In this document: piece by piece, positions 1-12,269 of the stretch | Layout of the letters: each line of letters starts with the position of its first letter | How positions within the stretch are numbered: the stretch's first letter is position 1 | Origin: Felis catus | Taxonomy: Eukaryota | DNA: 64,000 nucleotides | Reading direction: 5' to 3' | Assembly (NCBI RefSeq): GCF_018350175.1 | Contig: NC_058368.1 | Span: forward strand, 187,366,001-187,430,000 | The notes under the pieces: generated by a model | Told to the model about the DNA's origin: nothing | What the model saw: only the letters and a program-made list of their open reading frames with translations | Databases searched by the model: none | Translations under genes and position numbers: made by a program

Positions 1-231
1 CCATCATGGCTTCTGCTACAAATATGTTTCCAAAGAATTTAACCATATTAACTCACTCCTCATCTTGTCTGTTCCTTGGGTCAGTTCCCCAGGGATGGCA
101 GCTGAGTATCTTCCCATTCCTTCCCCTCCCATGATACCTGCCTTCACTGACGCTTTATCATCACTGTGTCAAAACCAAGGCCTTGAATCTAAGGATACAT
201 CTGACAATGCCTGCTTTTTCCTCCTCTGCAG

Positions 232-336
232 ACCTACAAAGACTCTGATATTGATGTCTTTACCTTTGGGACACCCATCAACACCATCTCCCTTGCCACA
301 ATTCTCTTGCACCAGGCAATGGAAATGAAGACCTGG
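232..336 (+). CDS. ATP10B: ATP10B (P4-ATPase phospholipid flippase), third-to-last coding exon: [35 protein letters not shown]
   Basis: Polypyrimidine tract and CAG acceptor ending 231, GTAAG donor at 337, 105 bp open phase-0 exon. The peptide matches the recalled ATP10B TM8-region sequence. Confidence 0.95.
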
Positions 337-572
337 GTAAGCACCCAAGAGCCCCTTTGACCTGAAAATTTTCATTCATTTTACTCTGTATCATTGATCC
401 AATCAATAACTAACTGCTGAACTCCTACACTGTGTCCCATTTGTACAGGAATGAGGGAGGTATAAAAGATAAAGTCCCCAGCCTCAACTTGCTTATTATC
501 TATCCAGAATGATAAAACTAAGACCTATAAAACAATGAGACAATTTTTTGCAAAAATAGAATGTATTTTCCA

Positions 573-1110
573 AATTTTTATATAAATTCTAGTTAGTTAA
601 CATACAGTGTAATGTTGGTTTCAGGAGTAGAATTTAGTGATTCATCACTTACATATAATACCCAGTACTCATTACAACAAATGCACTCCTTAATGCCTAT
701 CACCCATTTAACACATCCTCTGACCCACCTCCCTCCATCAATCCTCAGTTTGTTCTCTATAGTTGAGACTTTGTTATGGTTTGCTTTCCTTTTTTTTTTC
801 CCCTTCCCATATGTTCATCTGCTTTGTTTCCTAAATTCCACATATGAGTGAAATCATATAATATCTGTCTTTTTCTTACCGACTTATTTCACTTAGCATA
901 ATACACTCTAGCTCCATCCATGTTATTGCAAATGGCAAGATTTTATTCTTTTTATGGCTGAGTAATACTCCATTGTGTGTATGTATATATACACCACATC
1001 TTTATCCACCCATCAGTAAATAGGTGCTTGGGTTCTTTACATAGTTTGGCTATTGTTGATAATGCTGCTAGAAACATTAGGGTGCATGTACCCCTTCAAA
1101 TCTGTATTTT
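573..1110 (-). mobile_element. 5'-truncated carnivore L1 3' end, antisense
   Basis: Reverse complement of the L1 ORF2 end and 3' UTR (cttatttcacttagcataat; gttggtttcaggagtagaatttagtgattcatc). Confidence 0.9.
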
Positions 1111-1423
1111 TGATTTAAAAAATCAAGGATGTTTCAGAGATGAGGAAAATGGTAGCCTGACTATACTTGAGGCTGTGTTAGGGAGGTCTATTCTTTCCAT
1201 TTAATTTCAGGGCAAGCACATCACAAGCATGTCTAAATATCACATTTCAGTATCTAAAAACGGCAATGCCAGCTTTCTCATTAAATTCTTCTAAACAATG
1301 GTAATAACAACAAAGAGCTTAAAATTATTTACCAGGTACCTATTTATATGATTTTTAGTGTATTATCTCATTTAACCTCCTAGAGACCTTTGTTGGTGGG
1401 GGGGGGGGGGGGTCAGTGTCAGT

Positions 1424-1505
1424 CTTACTGAGGTATAATTGACTTATATAGCACTGTATAAGTTTAAGGTGTACAGGATAATCACTTGACGTACATATAT
1501 TGTGA
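1424..1505 (-). mobile_element. Short fragment of an old L1 (L1MA-like) 3' end
   Basis: ttactgaggtataattgac...taagtttaaggtgtaca is typical of an L1M terminus in reverse. Confidence 0.6.
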
Positions 1506-3498
1506 TATAATGGATTTTAACTAAACCAGATCAGCCCCTGACATGATGTGCAGTAGCTAGTAAGAGCCACCCAAGGAAACTTCAGATCACACACACCCTC
1601 TGTTCCAATTCATGCCAAAGATAAATAGAATAAAGTGATAAACCCAAAAAACGTATAGCAGAGCCAAGTACAGGATAAATTTCCTCAAGAAGCACCAGCA
1701 TGAGGAGAGACTGAAAAACAGTGGGACAGGGGAGGAAGAGGTACTGGGCTGGCCCAAACTGAAGGCTTTCTGGAATCCAGGACAGGAAACTGTGGCAGAG
1801 GAGAGTCTTGTTCCTATGGGTTAAGAAAGACTGGAGCCCTGTTTACTGCTAGGTTCAGGGTCTGGGCTGAAATTCCCCACTCAAGAAAGCAAGCTGAAGA
1901 AAAGTTGACATGCTATTTGGAATTCCAGTTTTATCAGAAGCCATGAGGAAGGTGGTTAAGATTCAAGGAGACAACTTTAATCCTGGGAACTGAAGCAAGC
2001 TAGGGAAACATTTAGAACTCTTCAAAATGAAAATTTTGTCATTGAAATTAAAAATTCAATTCACGGTATCCACTCTAGATCAGACACTGGCAAGGAGTAA
2101 ACTACCAAATTGGAAGATATTACTAGGAACTCATCTGGAATGCCACACAAATATGAAAAAAGTAATTCAAAGGAATAATGGCTAGAAGAAGAATGGTAGA
2201 GAAGCAATATCTGAAAAGATAATCATTGAAAAAGAAAATTAATATAAATCTGGATATATCATAGCGAAACTATACAATGTACAAGAGACGATCTTAAAGT
2301 CTACCAAAGACTATGGACAACTTACTTGAAAAGGAATAGCAGTTAAACTGACAAACAATAGAAGCTAGAAAAGAGTGGAGTAATCATCTTCAAAGACCTG
2401 AGGGGAAATAAAGAGTTGCACATCACATAAGACCAGGGCAAAATAAATGACATTTTCAGATACTGAAACAAAAGTAGAAACATACTTCTGCAAGAACATG
2501 AAAGCTAAAACTGTAAGAAACAACATAACGGTAAGAAAGAGCTATTCAATAGACAATTTATGCTACAGCCTTTGTCATTGATGGGAGGAAGATAGAAATA
2601 GGCATTTATCAATTTTTCCATAAAAGTCCCTATTTAGTGTGTCTAAAGATGTAAGGTATCTTAATACTTGAAAATGTAGCTTAAAAACTTAAGGTTAACC
2701 ATAAAGGAATGGAAATAAATAAGAGGAAAATAGAAAACTATCAATTCTGCAGGATGTAGGAAAGATAAAAAAAATTAAGAGCAAAGAAAATGATTGCCCC
2801 CCAAAATAAAACACAAGATGTTCAAGAGAAACCCAAATATATCAATACCCATAATAATGTAAATAGATTTAATTCACCTGTTAAAACCAAAAATTATCAG
2901 ATTGGATATTTTTGTCCAGCAAATATAAGGGGAAATAGACAAATTCACAATTATACTGTGAGAACTGTGATATTTATATATAATTCTATCAGAAATGGAT
3001 CAAACAAAAACAATATAGAAGCCTTGAATAAATTATCACATTTGATCTAATGTAGTTAGATATAATATATAAAATCCTGTTCCAAACAAATACCAAACAT
3101 GTATCTTTTCAAACACAGATGATATACCAAAAATTAAAAGACCAAATTCTCACAAAGGAATTTGAAAGAATCATAAACATCAGATTTTCTGACAACACAT
3201 TTAGATTAAAAATGAGCAATAAAAAGAGAGCCAAATAAACTTAACAAAGTTGGAAATTTCAAAATGTACTTCTAAATAATTCACAAGGTCCAGCATATAT
3301 CATGATGGAAATTATTGCTAAATGCCTATAAAAGTACCATATATGCAAACTTATGGGATGCATCTAATGCTTTTATTATTAAAAAAAAAAAAAGAATTCA
3401 ATTCAAGGAACCTAAAGAGAAAAATCAAGGAAACAATTGAAAGGATCAGTAAGACCAATAATGGAGTTCCTCAAAACCCTAATAAAAACTAATCTGTG

Positions 3499-3854
3499 TT
3501 ACTCAGCCATAAAAAGAATAAAATCTTGCCATTTGCAATGACATGGATGGAGCTAGAGAGTATTATGCTAAGTGAAGTAAGAAAAATACCATATGATTTG
3601 ACTCATGTGGAATTTAAGAAATAAAATAAGCAAAGGCAAAAAGAGAGAGAGGCAAACCAAGAAACAAGCTCTTAGCTATAGAGAACAAATAGAGGGTTAC
3701 CAGAGGGGAGGTGGGTGGAGGGATGAGTTAAATAGGTGATGAGGATTAAGGATTGCACTTGTGATGAGTACAGGGTGTTATATGGAAGTGTTGAATCACT
3801 ATATTGTACACCTGAAACTAATAGTACACTGTATGTGAACTAACTGGAATTTTA
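3499..3854 (+). mobile_element. 5'-truncated carnivore L1 3' end
   Basis: aatcttgccatttgcaatgacatggatgg...cctgaaactaat. Flanked by TSD AAAACTAATCT (3485-3495 / 3952-3962). Confidence 0.9.
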
Positions 3855-3935
3855 TTTTAAAGTTTGTTTATTTATTGTGAGAGAGAGAGAGAATCCCAAG
3901 CAGGCTCCATGCTGATAGCCACCCAGGAACCCCCA
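3855..3935 (-). mobile_element. Internally deleted Can-SINE inserted in the L1 tail
   Basis: Minus strand reads gggggttcctgggtggct joined to ...gagcctgcttgggattctctctc...aataaa. TSD AACTGGAATTTTA at 3842-3854 / 3936-3948. Confidence 0.8.
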
Positions 3936-4277
3936 AACTGGAATTTTAATTAAAACTAATCTCTGGCAAAACTGATCCAGGAGAAGACACACACACACAC
4001 AGACATACACAAAGACCACAAAAATAAGATGAAAAAGACTGATAAACATAGCTATAATCATTTTTTTAATATTTTTTGAAAATTTAAACCAAGTTGATAA
4101 TTTCTTTAAAATTTACCAAAACATAACTGAGGTCAGTCAGCAAACCTGAATAAACCAGTCACCATTACAGAAATTAGCTAAAATAATCCTGATACCGAAA
4201 TAAGCATAGGTCACAAGGAAAGAAAATCATAGACCATAACAAACAGAGATATAAAACTTCTAAATAAATTATTGGCA

Positions 4278-4475
4278 GGGTGCCTGGGTGGCTCAGTCTG
4301 CTAAGTGTCCCCCTCTTGATTTGGACCCAGGTCATGATCTCTCAGTTCTTGAGATGAAACCCTGCATTGGGCTCTGTGCTCACAGCACAGAGCCTGCTTG
4401 GAATTTTTTCTCCCTCTCTCCCTGCCCCTCCCCTGCTGGAGTTCTCTCTCTCTCTCAAAATAAATAAACATTTTA
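4278..4475 (+). mobile_element. Can-SINE (SINEC_Fc-like)
   Basis: gggtgcctgggtggctcagt head, caggtcatgatctc, (CT)n tract, AATAAA tail. Confidence 0.92.
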
Positions 4476-5948
4476 AGTGAATGGCAAATTGACTCAGCAG
4501 TGTGTTAAAGATAATAAGTCCCGACCAAGGAACTTTTATATCCTGGTAGTAGACTACAAAATATAAGCTAATGCCATCACTCTGGAGAGCAATTTGAAAA
4601 TAGCTGGAGGAGTTTAAGTACTCATCTGCTATGACACAATTCCACTTATAAGTATGATGCATCCTGAAAATTACTCTTGCATGTGTATATACAGAAACAT
4701 GTTCAAGAATTAATCATTCTTAATAGAAAAAAAAAAGAAAAGAAAAAGCATAAGTGTTCATCAATAGGAAAATAAATTGTGGCATATTCATACAATAGAA
4801 CAGGTAAAATAACTAACTAAAGCCATATCTATCAACATGGATGAAACTCCAAAAGGATAAGGTCTAGTGGAAAAAAAAGTTGAAGGATACATGTACATGA
4901 TAAAGTAAAAAAGTATTCATAAACATGTAGGTATAAAATGTGTATGAGAGTGATGAGAACACTGAATTTATGTTCTAGACTAAAGAGAAAACATTTGCGG
5001 GGTATTATGGGTGCTTTAATTGTATATGTTAAACTTAATTTTTTAATAAAAATTGGAGGCAAATATGACAAAGTTAAAATTGATAAAGCTAGGTGCTGGC
5101 TATATGAGGTGTACTATCTGTATGCTTGAAGTATTTCACAATTTAATTCCATTTTTTAAAAAACTAGCACAAGATATTTCCCAAGAAGAATTCTACTCTC
5201 TTTTAACTTTTCAAAATGCCTTGAAATGCATAAGCAGTCCTCAACCATATTTCATATGGGTGATGAGACTAAAGATTCTATATCCTAACTGGTCACTCAG
5301 CCCACTTTCTCACAGCACTGCATCTGGCTGCTTTCAAAGAGGGTACCTGTTCCTTTCACTCACCATTCAGCATTATTAACTCACCTAATGCATCTCTAGA
5401 CTAGCTAATCCAGTGGTTACTGGCAATTTCCAGTGCTCTTGGCAAAGGAGTCAGCTATTGGAATCATTATGAAAAAACACATTTCTCTTTTGAAAGTACC
5501 TGAAGCAGAAGGACAGTCTCTTTGTTTTCCCAGATAGAAATCAAACATGAATTTGAATAACTGTCAGTTTCCACAGTTCCCACCAAAGCGGCTAACTGCT
5601 ACCTAACAAAACTAACTAAATAACAACAACAAAAAATAGCTAACTGCTTTCTTCTTCATGAACAGGGGCTGGATTATTCAGATCATCTCTCCTACTGAAA
5701 ACTAAAAATGAATAATTAAAAAAAACTCTTCAAAATCATAAAAAAGCTAACAGGATAGTAACAAAAACCTTTGAGAAGGGTGGATTCTAGACAAAGACCC
5801 AAATCCTGTTTCCTTGAGGGTATTTGCAACCCTGCTCAAAAAGAACTTTGTTTCTGGCACCTTGACTGAGCAGAAAGTTCAGAAATCAAACCCAGCCACC
5901 CAAGGCAAGAGTCTAATAAGAGCCCACATTAAATAAGGACCCCCAAAG

Positions 5949-6975
5949 AAAGCAAACTGGTGTAGCACTCTGGAAAACAGTATGGAGGCTCCTCAAAAAA
6001 TTAAAAATAGAACTACCCTACGACCCAGCAATTGCACTACTAGGCATTTATCCATGGGACACAGGTATGCTGTTTCAAACGGGCACATGCACCCCAATGT
6101 TTATAGCAGCACTATCAACAATAGCCAAAGTATGGAAAGAGCCCAAATGTCCATCGATGGATGAATGGATAAAGAAGATGTGGTACATATATATCCGATG
6201 GAGAATTACTCGGCAATCAAAAAGAATGAAATCTTGCCATTTGCAACTACATGGATGGAACTAGAGGGTATTATGCTAAGTGAAATTAGTCAGAGAAAGA
6301 CAAAAATCATATGACTTCACTCATATGAGGACTTTAAGAGACAAAACAGATGAACATAAGGGAAGGGAAACAAAAACATAAAAACAGGGAGGAGAACAAA
6401 ACAGAGGAGACTCCTAAATACCGAGAACAAACAGAGGGTTACGGGAGGGGTTGTGGGAGGGGGGACGGGCTAAATGGGTAAGGGGCACGAAGGAATCTAC
6501 TCCTGAAATCATTGTTGCACTATATGCTAACTAATTTGGATGTAAATTTTTAAAAATAAAAAATTAAGTTAAAAAGATACAAAACAGATGAACATAAGAG
6601 AAGGGAAGCAAAAATAATATAAAAACGGGGGAGGGGAGAGACAAGAGATTCTTAAATATGGAGAACACACAGGGTTACTGGAGGGGTTGTGGGAGGGGAG
6701 ATGGGCTAAATGGGTAAGGGGAATTAAGGAATCTACTCCTGAAATCATCGTTGCACTATATGCTAACTAACTTGGATGTAAATTTTAAAAAAGAGAGAAA
6801 AGAAAAAGAAAAACATCAATCAACTACTGATACCACCTGATGCTAATCAGGTGATGGATTTTCTTCCCCTGGAAGCCATGAAAAGTTATTTTCAAAGACT
6901 TTTTTTCAAAGAAGTTTTTATGATTTATTGCTTCCATCTTTTTAGAAGGCAAATAAATGTTTAATTCTTAAAAAT
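5949..6975 (+). mobile_element. 5'-truncated feline L1 with a second L1 3' UTR (6571-6813) and an ~155 bp 3' transduction (6814-6969)
   Basis: ORF2 C-terminal peptide [22 protein letters not shown], two tandem 3' UTRs, a unique segment with AATAAA and an A-tail. TSD aaataaggacccccaaag (5931-5948) / aaattaggaccccaaag (6976-6992). Confidence 0.88.
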
Positions 6976-7405
6976 AAATTAGGACCCCAAAGCTCTACCT
7001 TAGGGTAATGGTACACCCAAAAAAATGGACCTACCTATTCAATCTCCCCAGCAGGTACTGTAGGAATCATTCTCATTGTGAACAGGGCTTGGAGAATCTG
7101 TAAAAAAGAACTGTCCTAGGAAAAGAACCATGGGTTGGCCTCAGACATATTTGCAGCCCAAGTTTCTAGTACTTCATTGAGCCAAATTTTGACATATGAA
7201 TTCAGTTTAAAGTGAATTCAAGACTGACAGTTGCCAAGGACATTGCAAAATAAACACATACACCCTCTCTAGAGAAAGGTATCTCATCCTATGCCTCAAA
7301 CTGTTCCTAGCAACTTTAAGGGCAATGAGCATCACATAATCCAAAGTAACCAACTCTCAAAGAAACAAAAACCAATTGGTGAGGATCAAAAAAAAACAAG
7401 CATCA

Positions 7406-7582
7406 GGGGCACCTGGATGGCTCATTCAGTTAAGCAACTGACTCTTGATTTCAACTTAGGTCATGATCTCACAGTTCATGAGATAGAGCCCCACATTGGG
7501 CTCTACACAGATCGGAACCTGCTTAGGCTACTCCCCTGCTTATGCACTCTCTCTCCCAAAATAAAGAAATTAAAGAAAAAAA
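7406..7582 (+). mobile_element. Can-SINE
   Basis: ggggcacctggatggctca head, ggtcatgatctcacag, A-rich tail. Confidence 0.9.
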
Positions 7583-7589
7583 TATATTT

Positions 7590-8500
7590 CAGATGTTAGT
7601 ATTATCAGATATATATTATAGAAAATTATGTTTACTATGTTTAAAGAAGTAAAGAATAAGCTTTAAAATATCTGCAAGGATTGGTAAACTATATAAAGCA
7701 ACCTAGCAAATTTAAAAAGAAACCAAATAAAACATTTAGAAATAAAATACAGTGGCTGGCTCAACAAAAAAATCAGAAAAAAATTGAAAGGGAGATTTAT
7801 TGAATTTGTCAAGAGAAATTATGCAAAATATAAAACAGAAGAAAAATAAAAATTATGGAAAAGGTACAAAATGTATAGAGGATAGTGTGGCATCTGAAAA
7901 GGTCTACATACATTTGATCAGAGTCTAAGGAAAGGAGAGAGAAAATGAGATAGGCAGTAAGTTTAAAAGATGGTTACTAAATTTCGTATATTAAAAAAAT
8001 AAATAAAATGTAAAACACAAAAAAAGATGGTTACTTAAGAATTTTGCAAAAATGAAAACATCTATCCACAAATTCAAGTTCAACAAAACCCAAGATAAAA
8101 GAAACACATACTTACCATAAAGAAACTATAGAATACTAAAGACAAAAACCATAAAAATAGCCAGATCTTAAGACATAAAGATTTCATTCTTAGAAACAAA
8201 AGTAACAGACATCTCAGTAGCAAAAACATAAGCCAAAAGACAATGGAGTGCCATTTTAAATATGCAAAGAAAAAAAGAACTGCCAAACAAGAATTCTGTT
8301 ATCTGTCAAAAATATCCTTCAAGTATGAGAATGAAATAAAACATCAGAATAGATCACCAGCAGATTCCCACTAAAGGCAATTCTAAAGGAGGTACAAAGC
8401 AAAAGGAAAAAAATCTCAGATGGATGGTCCAAGATGCAAGAAGGAATGAAGTCATAAACAGTCAACATGTAACTGAATTTTAATGAATATTGACAATATT
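7590..8500 (+). mobile_element. Decayed ancient L1 ORF1-like region
   Basis: Very A-rich, with remnants such as catttgatcagagtc, agccaaaagacaatggagtgccattttaaa and gaatgaaataaaacatc. Confidence 0.6.
7979..8021 (+). mobile_element. Ultra-short L1 terminal insertion (~14 nt plus A-tail)
   Basis: Perfect TSD AAAAGATGGTTACT (7965-7978 / 8022-8035). The insert aaatttcgtatatt plus A-tail matches the terminus of the antisense L1 near 38010. Confidence 0.8.
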
Positions 8501-8509
8501 CAACTATAA

Positions 8510-8730
8510 GGCAAACCATTAGAGACGCTTAAATACAAGGAACAAACAGGATTGCTGGAGGGGAAGTGGTGTGGGGATGGGCTAAATGGGTGATGGGCAT
8601 TAAGGAGGGCACTTCTTGGGATGAGCGCTGGGTGTCATATGTAACAGATGAATCACTGGGTTCTACTCCTAAAACCAGGACAACATTGTATGTTAACTAA
8701 CTTGAATTTTTTTAAAAAATCGGAAAAAAA
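8510..8730 (+). mobile_element. 5'-truncated carnivore L1 3' UTR
   Basis: gggcattaaggagggcacttcttgggatgagcgctgggtg...tatgttaactaacttgaa. Confidence 0.85.
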
Positions 8731-9412
8731 TGCAGTAGCAATAAGTCAGGAGAGAGGTTAAGAGTTAAAGTGCTCTAAAGTCCTTGTTTAATTCAGGAGG
8801 AGGGAAAAGTAGTTACATATTTTAGACTGTGGTAATTTAAGATTGCTTATTATCATTTATTGAGTAATCACTGAAAGAATAGAAATGGAGTGTATAACTT
8901 TCAAACCAGTAAAGGGAGAAAATGAAATTGTACAAAATAGTACAATTTAATAGTACAAGTTTAAAAGAGGATAAGAATGGGGAAAGAAACACAAAACAGA
9001 ATAAGATCAGACAACAGTCTGATCAAGTCTGATTCAAGTCTGCTTTGAAAATAATAAACTGCAGCCACATGTGAAAAAAATGGATTCATCACACCAAATA
9101 GGATTCTATTTACCTAACATTTAGAAAACAGTAGATAGGCAGTGAAACTACAAAGGATGGCTTGGAAATTATCACCAAAGTCAAGGGTGAGACAGAATCT
9201 TTCAGGGTTCTTTGGGTAGGTGTGTTCAAATTCTGGATTATAGCAACATGGGTGTTCACTTTATAATGATCCATTAAGCTGCATGTTTTTTTTTAATTTT
9301 TTATCTCCCCCCAAAAAATGTTTACAACAAAGTTAGCCAACTGCCATGATTGTACTGCCTCCCGATCTAAGCTATACTTTTAACAGTGTTTACTTCTCCT
9401 TTCCTTCCACAG

Positions 9413-9600
9413 ACCATTATCCACGGACTTGTTCTAGCAGGCAGCTTCCTGATGTACTTTGTGGTGTCCCTTGTTTACAACGCCATCTGCATCAACTGCA
9501 ACAGTCCCACCAATCCCTATTGGGTGATGGAAAGCCAGCTCTCAGACCCCACTTTCTACCTCATCTGCTTCGTCACACCAGTCACAGCTCTTCTGCCAAG
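9413..9600 (+). CDS. ATP10B: ATP10B penultimate coding exon (TM9-TM10 region): [62 protein letters not shown](R)
   Basis: Acceptor ttccttccacAG ending 9412, donor GTTTGA at 9601, 188 bp. In frame with the previous exon. Hydrophobic segments and the ATP10-family CNSPTNPYW motif. Confidence 0.96.
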
Positions 9601-10879
9601 GTTTGAGCACAGGGGCTGTCGTCTTCATAGAACTACCAGTGCCCACTTATTAAGCCATTTTCATAATCCAAGAGTCAGGAGTTTGATTCCTGATAGGAAC
9701 CTTGAGACTACAGTTTCAAAGACAGGGTACTAGGACAGAGAGACCAATAAACTAAAGAGCAAATAACACAGAGTGTGGTCCGAGGTCAGCCACAGAGTAG
9801 CAAAGTCCCCAACTGGCTTGGCCTCAGTTGTGGTATCTGTAAAATGAGTAATAATTCCTGCCCTCCTGCCTTACAAATTTTGTTGTACATAAGGGATCAT
9901 TTATTTATTAGCCAAGGAGTCTCATACTCAAATATCTACAGGGACAGACAAGCAACTGCAACAAACCAGGTGAAGTACAGACGTGGGGAAAAAGACCTTC
10001 TCAGCTTCACCCTATCATTGCCACCAGGAAAGATCAAGTCTTAGCATTCCAGAGCTTTAGATTTTTTTTTCATAAATCCAAATTTTGCATGAAATAGCCA
10101 ACTTTTTAATGTTACTCAAATTTGTTTAACACACACACACCCACAACCTGTATTAGCCAAACAAATCATTTATGTCCAGGGACTATTTCTAACATTTCTA
10201 GCCTAAACCTTCTGCATTTGCCTTATCCAGAAAAACAGCAACAATAATACCTTATATTTCCTTGAAGCTCACTCTTGCCACATGCTTCCTAGCACTGCAT
10301 TTTGCTTTTGCCATCACCTAGAAGTTAAACAGAGCTATGGTTCTAGTCCCACTTGCTCATGGGACAGCTAAGTCCCAAGAAAGAACATAATGTGTCCACA
10401 AGTCCACCACACATAACAGTGGGAGCTGGATTCTCCCAATTCAATGGCCAGTGTTCTATTCTGCAGCCCACACTCTAGTCAGAGCAGTCAGTGAACTTCA
10501 CAATGATGTACCCCATGGGCAAGACTTAGCCCCTCTCCATTCTTAAGATCTTTCCACTCTAAACATCAAAATTCAGCCTCCCTACCATTATAAGCTATAG
10601 TAAACAGACTATCTCAACACTGCACAGAACTTTTTCTAATCCAAAATTAGAGAACTATAGCAGACCTTACTTCCTTTAATAAATGTGGCACCTTGCTTAA
10701 CCTAGGTTGGTTTCCATTTCCTTGTCCTAAGCCAACTCAGAGCCTTGACCTCTGATGCATAAAGGCTGAAGATACCTAGATGGCAAACATAAATACCAGT
10801 TGAGTTCTAAGTATGCTCTATGTGCAATGCCTCCCTCCTTGTCCCTTGCTGGTGTCTGAAACATCAGTCCTCTCCCTGC

Positions 10880-11275
10880 TTCAAAGTTTGGGTTCAACAC
10901 CACCAGGCTTCCTGTGCTCCCCTGAAGGCCCATGCCTTCTCACCTTCCTGCCCTTATTCATGCAATTTCTTCTACTTGGAATATACTTCCTATTACCAAA
11001 CCTCCTCATTCTCTGACATCATCTCAGGCATCAATTCCAACCCTTCTGTGACTTTGCCTACCTTCCTACCTGGAAATACATCCCCCTCTCCTATGTGTTC
11101 CCATCACCTTGGTGTAACCCTGTCACTGCCTTCAGCCATTTGTTGTCTGTCTCTGTCTGACCATTAACTCCTGGATAGAAGGTATACTTCTTACTATTAT
11201 ATAACCAGCATTTAGCATGGTTCCCATCACATATGCTGCACTCTGAGATAAACGAGCAATAGATGTTAGAAGAAT
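10880..11275 (+). mobile_element. L2 3' fragment
   Basis: Pyrimidine-rich degenerate L2-like sequence ending ccagcatttagcatggttc...caatagatgttagaagaat. Confidence 0.5.
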
Positions 11276-12269
11276 AGAAAGGTGAATAAAACAGAGCCCT
11301 TGTTCTCAAGAAACCTGCAACTCAGTATATGATTCAGACACAACTGTGACCATAATACAGGTGAAAGTGACTAGTATTGGTAGAGGGCACTGAGTGAAGA
11401 GCAGGAAGCAATTAAGAACAAGTACAAACCTCAGAGGAAATATTGCCCACCCCACACCTTCTTCAGCCCAAACCCTTGGGGGAGACAAAGAAGATTGTGC
11501 TCTCATTGGAAAAAAAGCATCAAATATGTGGATTTTTTGTCCACACTTTTGGGTTACACGCAGTTATGATCACCATTACCCAAGGACTGAGCTCCCTGTT
11601 CTGTATCAGATTTAGGATATGGAAAGAAAATTATCATACATTCTTTGCTTACCCTTGGATAGAAAACACTTAGAGCCAACAGCAACCAGTTTGATGATGA
11701 TCCTTGAAAAGAATGAAGACTGTTGACAAGATGAACCTTCAGTGTTATAGATTGTTAAAACAGATGAGGGACAAATTAGGGGAAAGCTGGAAAATATTTA
11801 CTTGCTAGTTACCAATAACAGAAGTTAAATCTCTGCTATTCTTTATTATCATCATAAAGTTGGATTTCTGTTTAATGTTGTTTACTAAGAAAGGCAGAGG
11901 TTTCCTCTGATAGGGAAACAATTATTTTAATAGTTCCAAGGACTGTGGACTTATAACTTTGGAACAATAAATGTTTCTTAAAGAAATCTACATAATCGAA
12001 TGTTCACCACAGAAAACTATTTGTTCACTTGAAGTTATAAGCTATATTTATCATAATGGAGATTGATCTCACTCACCAAGCTTGTGATAATTAGCCCACT
12101 AGCTGTGACCTCACTTATCTTGGTCTAATTAATTCAAGCAATATTAAAGAACTGTACTGAGTCTCTTAAACTAGGAATATGTAAATTATTTTACAGATAA
12201 GACAAAAGAAATAACACACTAACTTTACAACACAAAGCAGTATCTTAATTAGCTACAAGAGAGGATAAC

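Larger units (their letters stand above)
2030..5150 (+). mobile_element. Highly decayed ancient L1 (ORF1/ORF2/3' remnants) with younger inserts
   Basis: A-rich sense strand with recognisable L1 remnants (aatgtaaatagatttaattcacctgttaaaa, aaacttatgggatgca, acaattccactt, aagtgttcatcaatagg). Confidence 0.7.

Noticed and set aside
65..328. 87-aa ORF overlapping the first exon
   Set aside because: It is in a different frame from the spliced ATP10B exon and shows no recognisable homology.
1398..1412. G15 run as a functional G-quadruplex
   Set aside because: An isolated homopolymer next to an L1 fragment, with no further support and unreliable length.
4278..4350. tRNA-like heads of SINEs as tRNA genes
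   Set aside because: They are tRNA-derived Can-SINE heads followed by SINE bodies, (CT)n tracts and A-tails.
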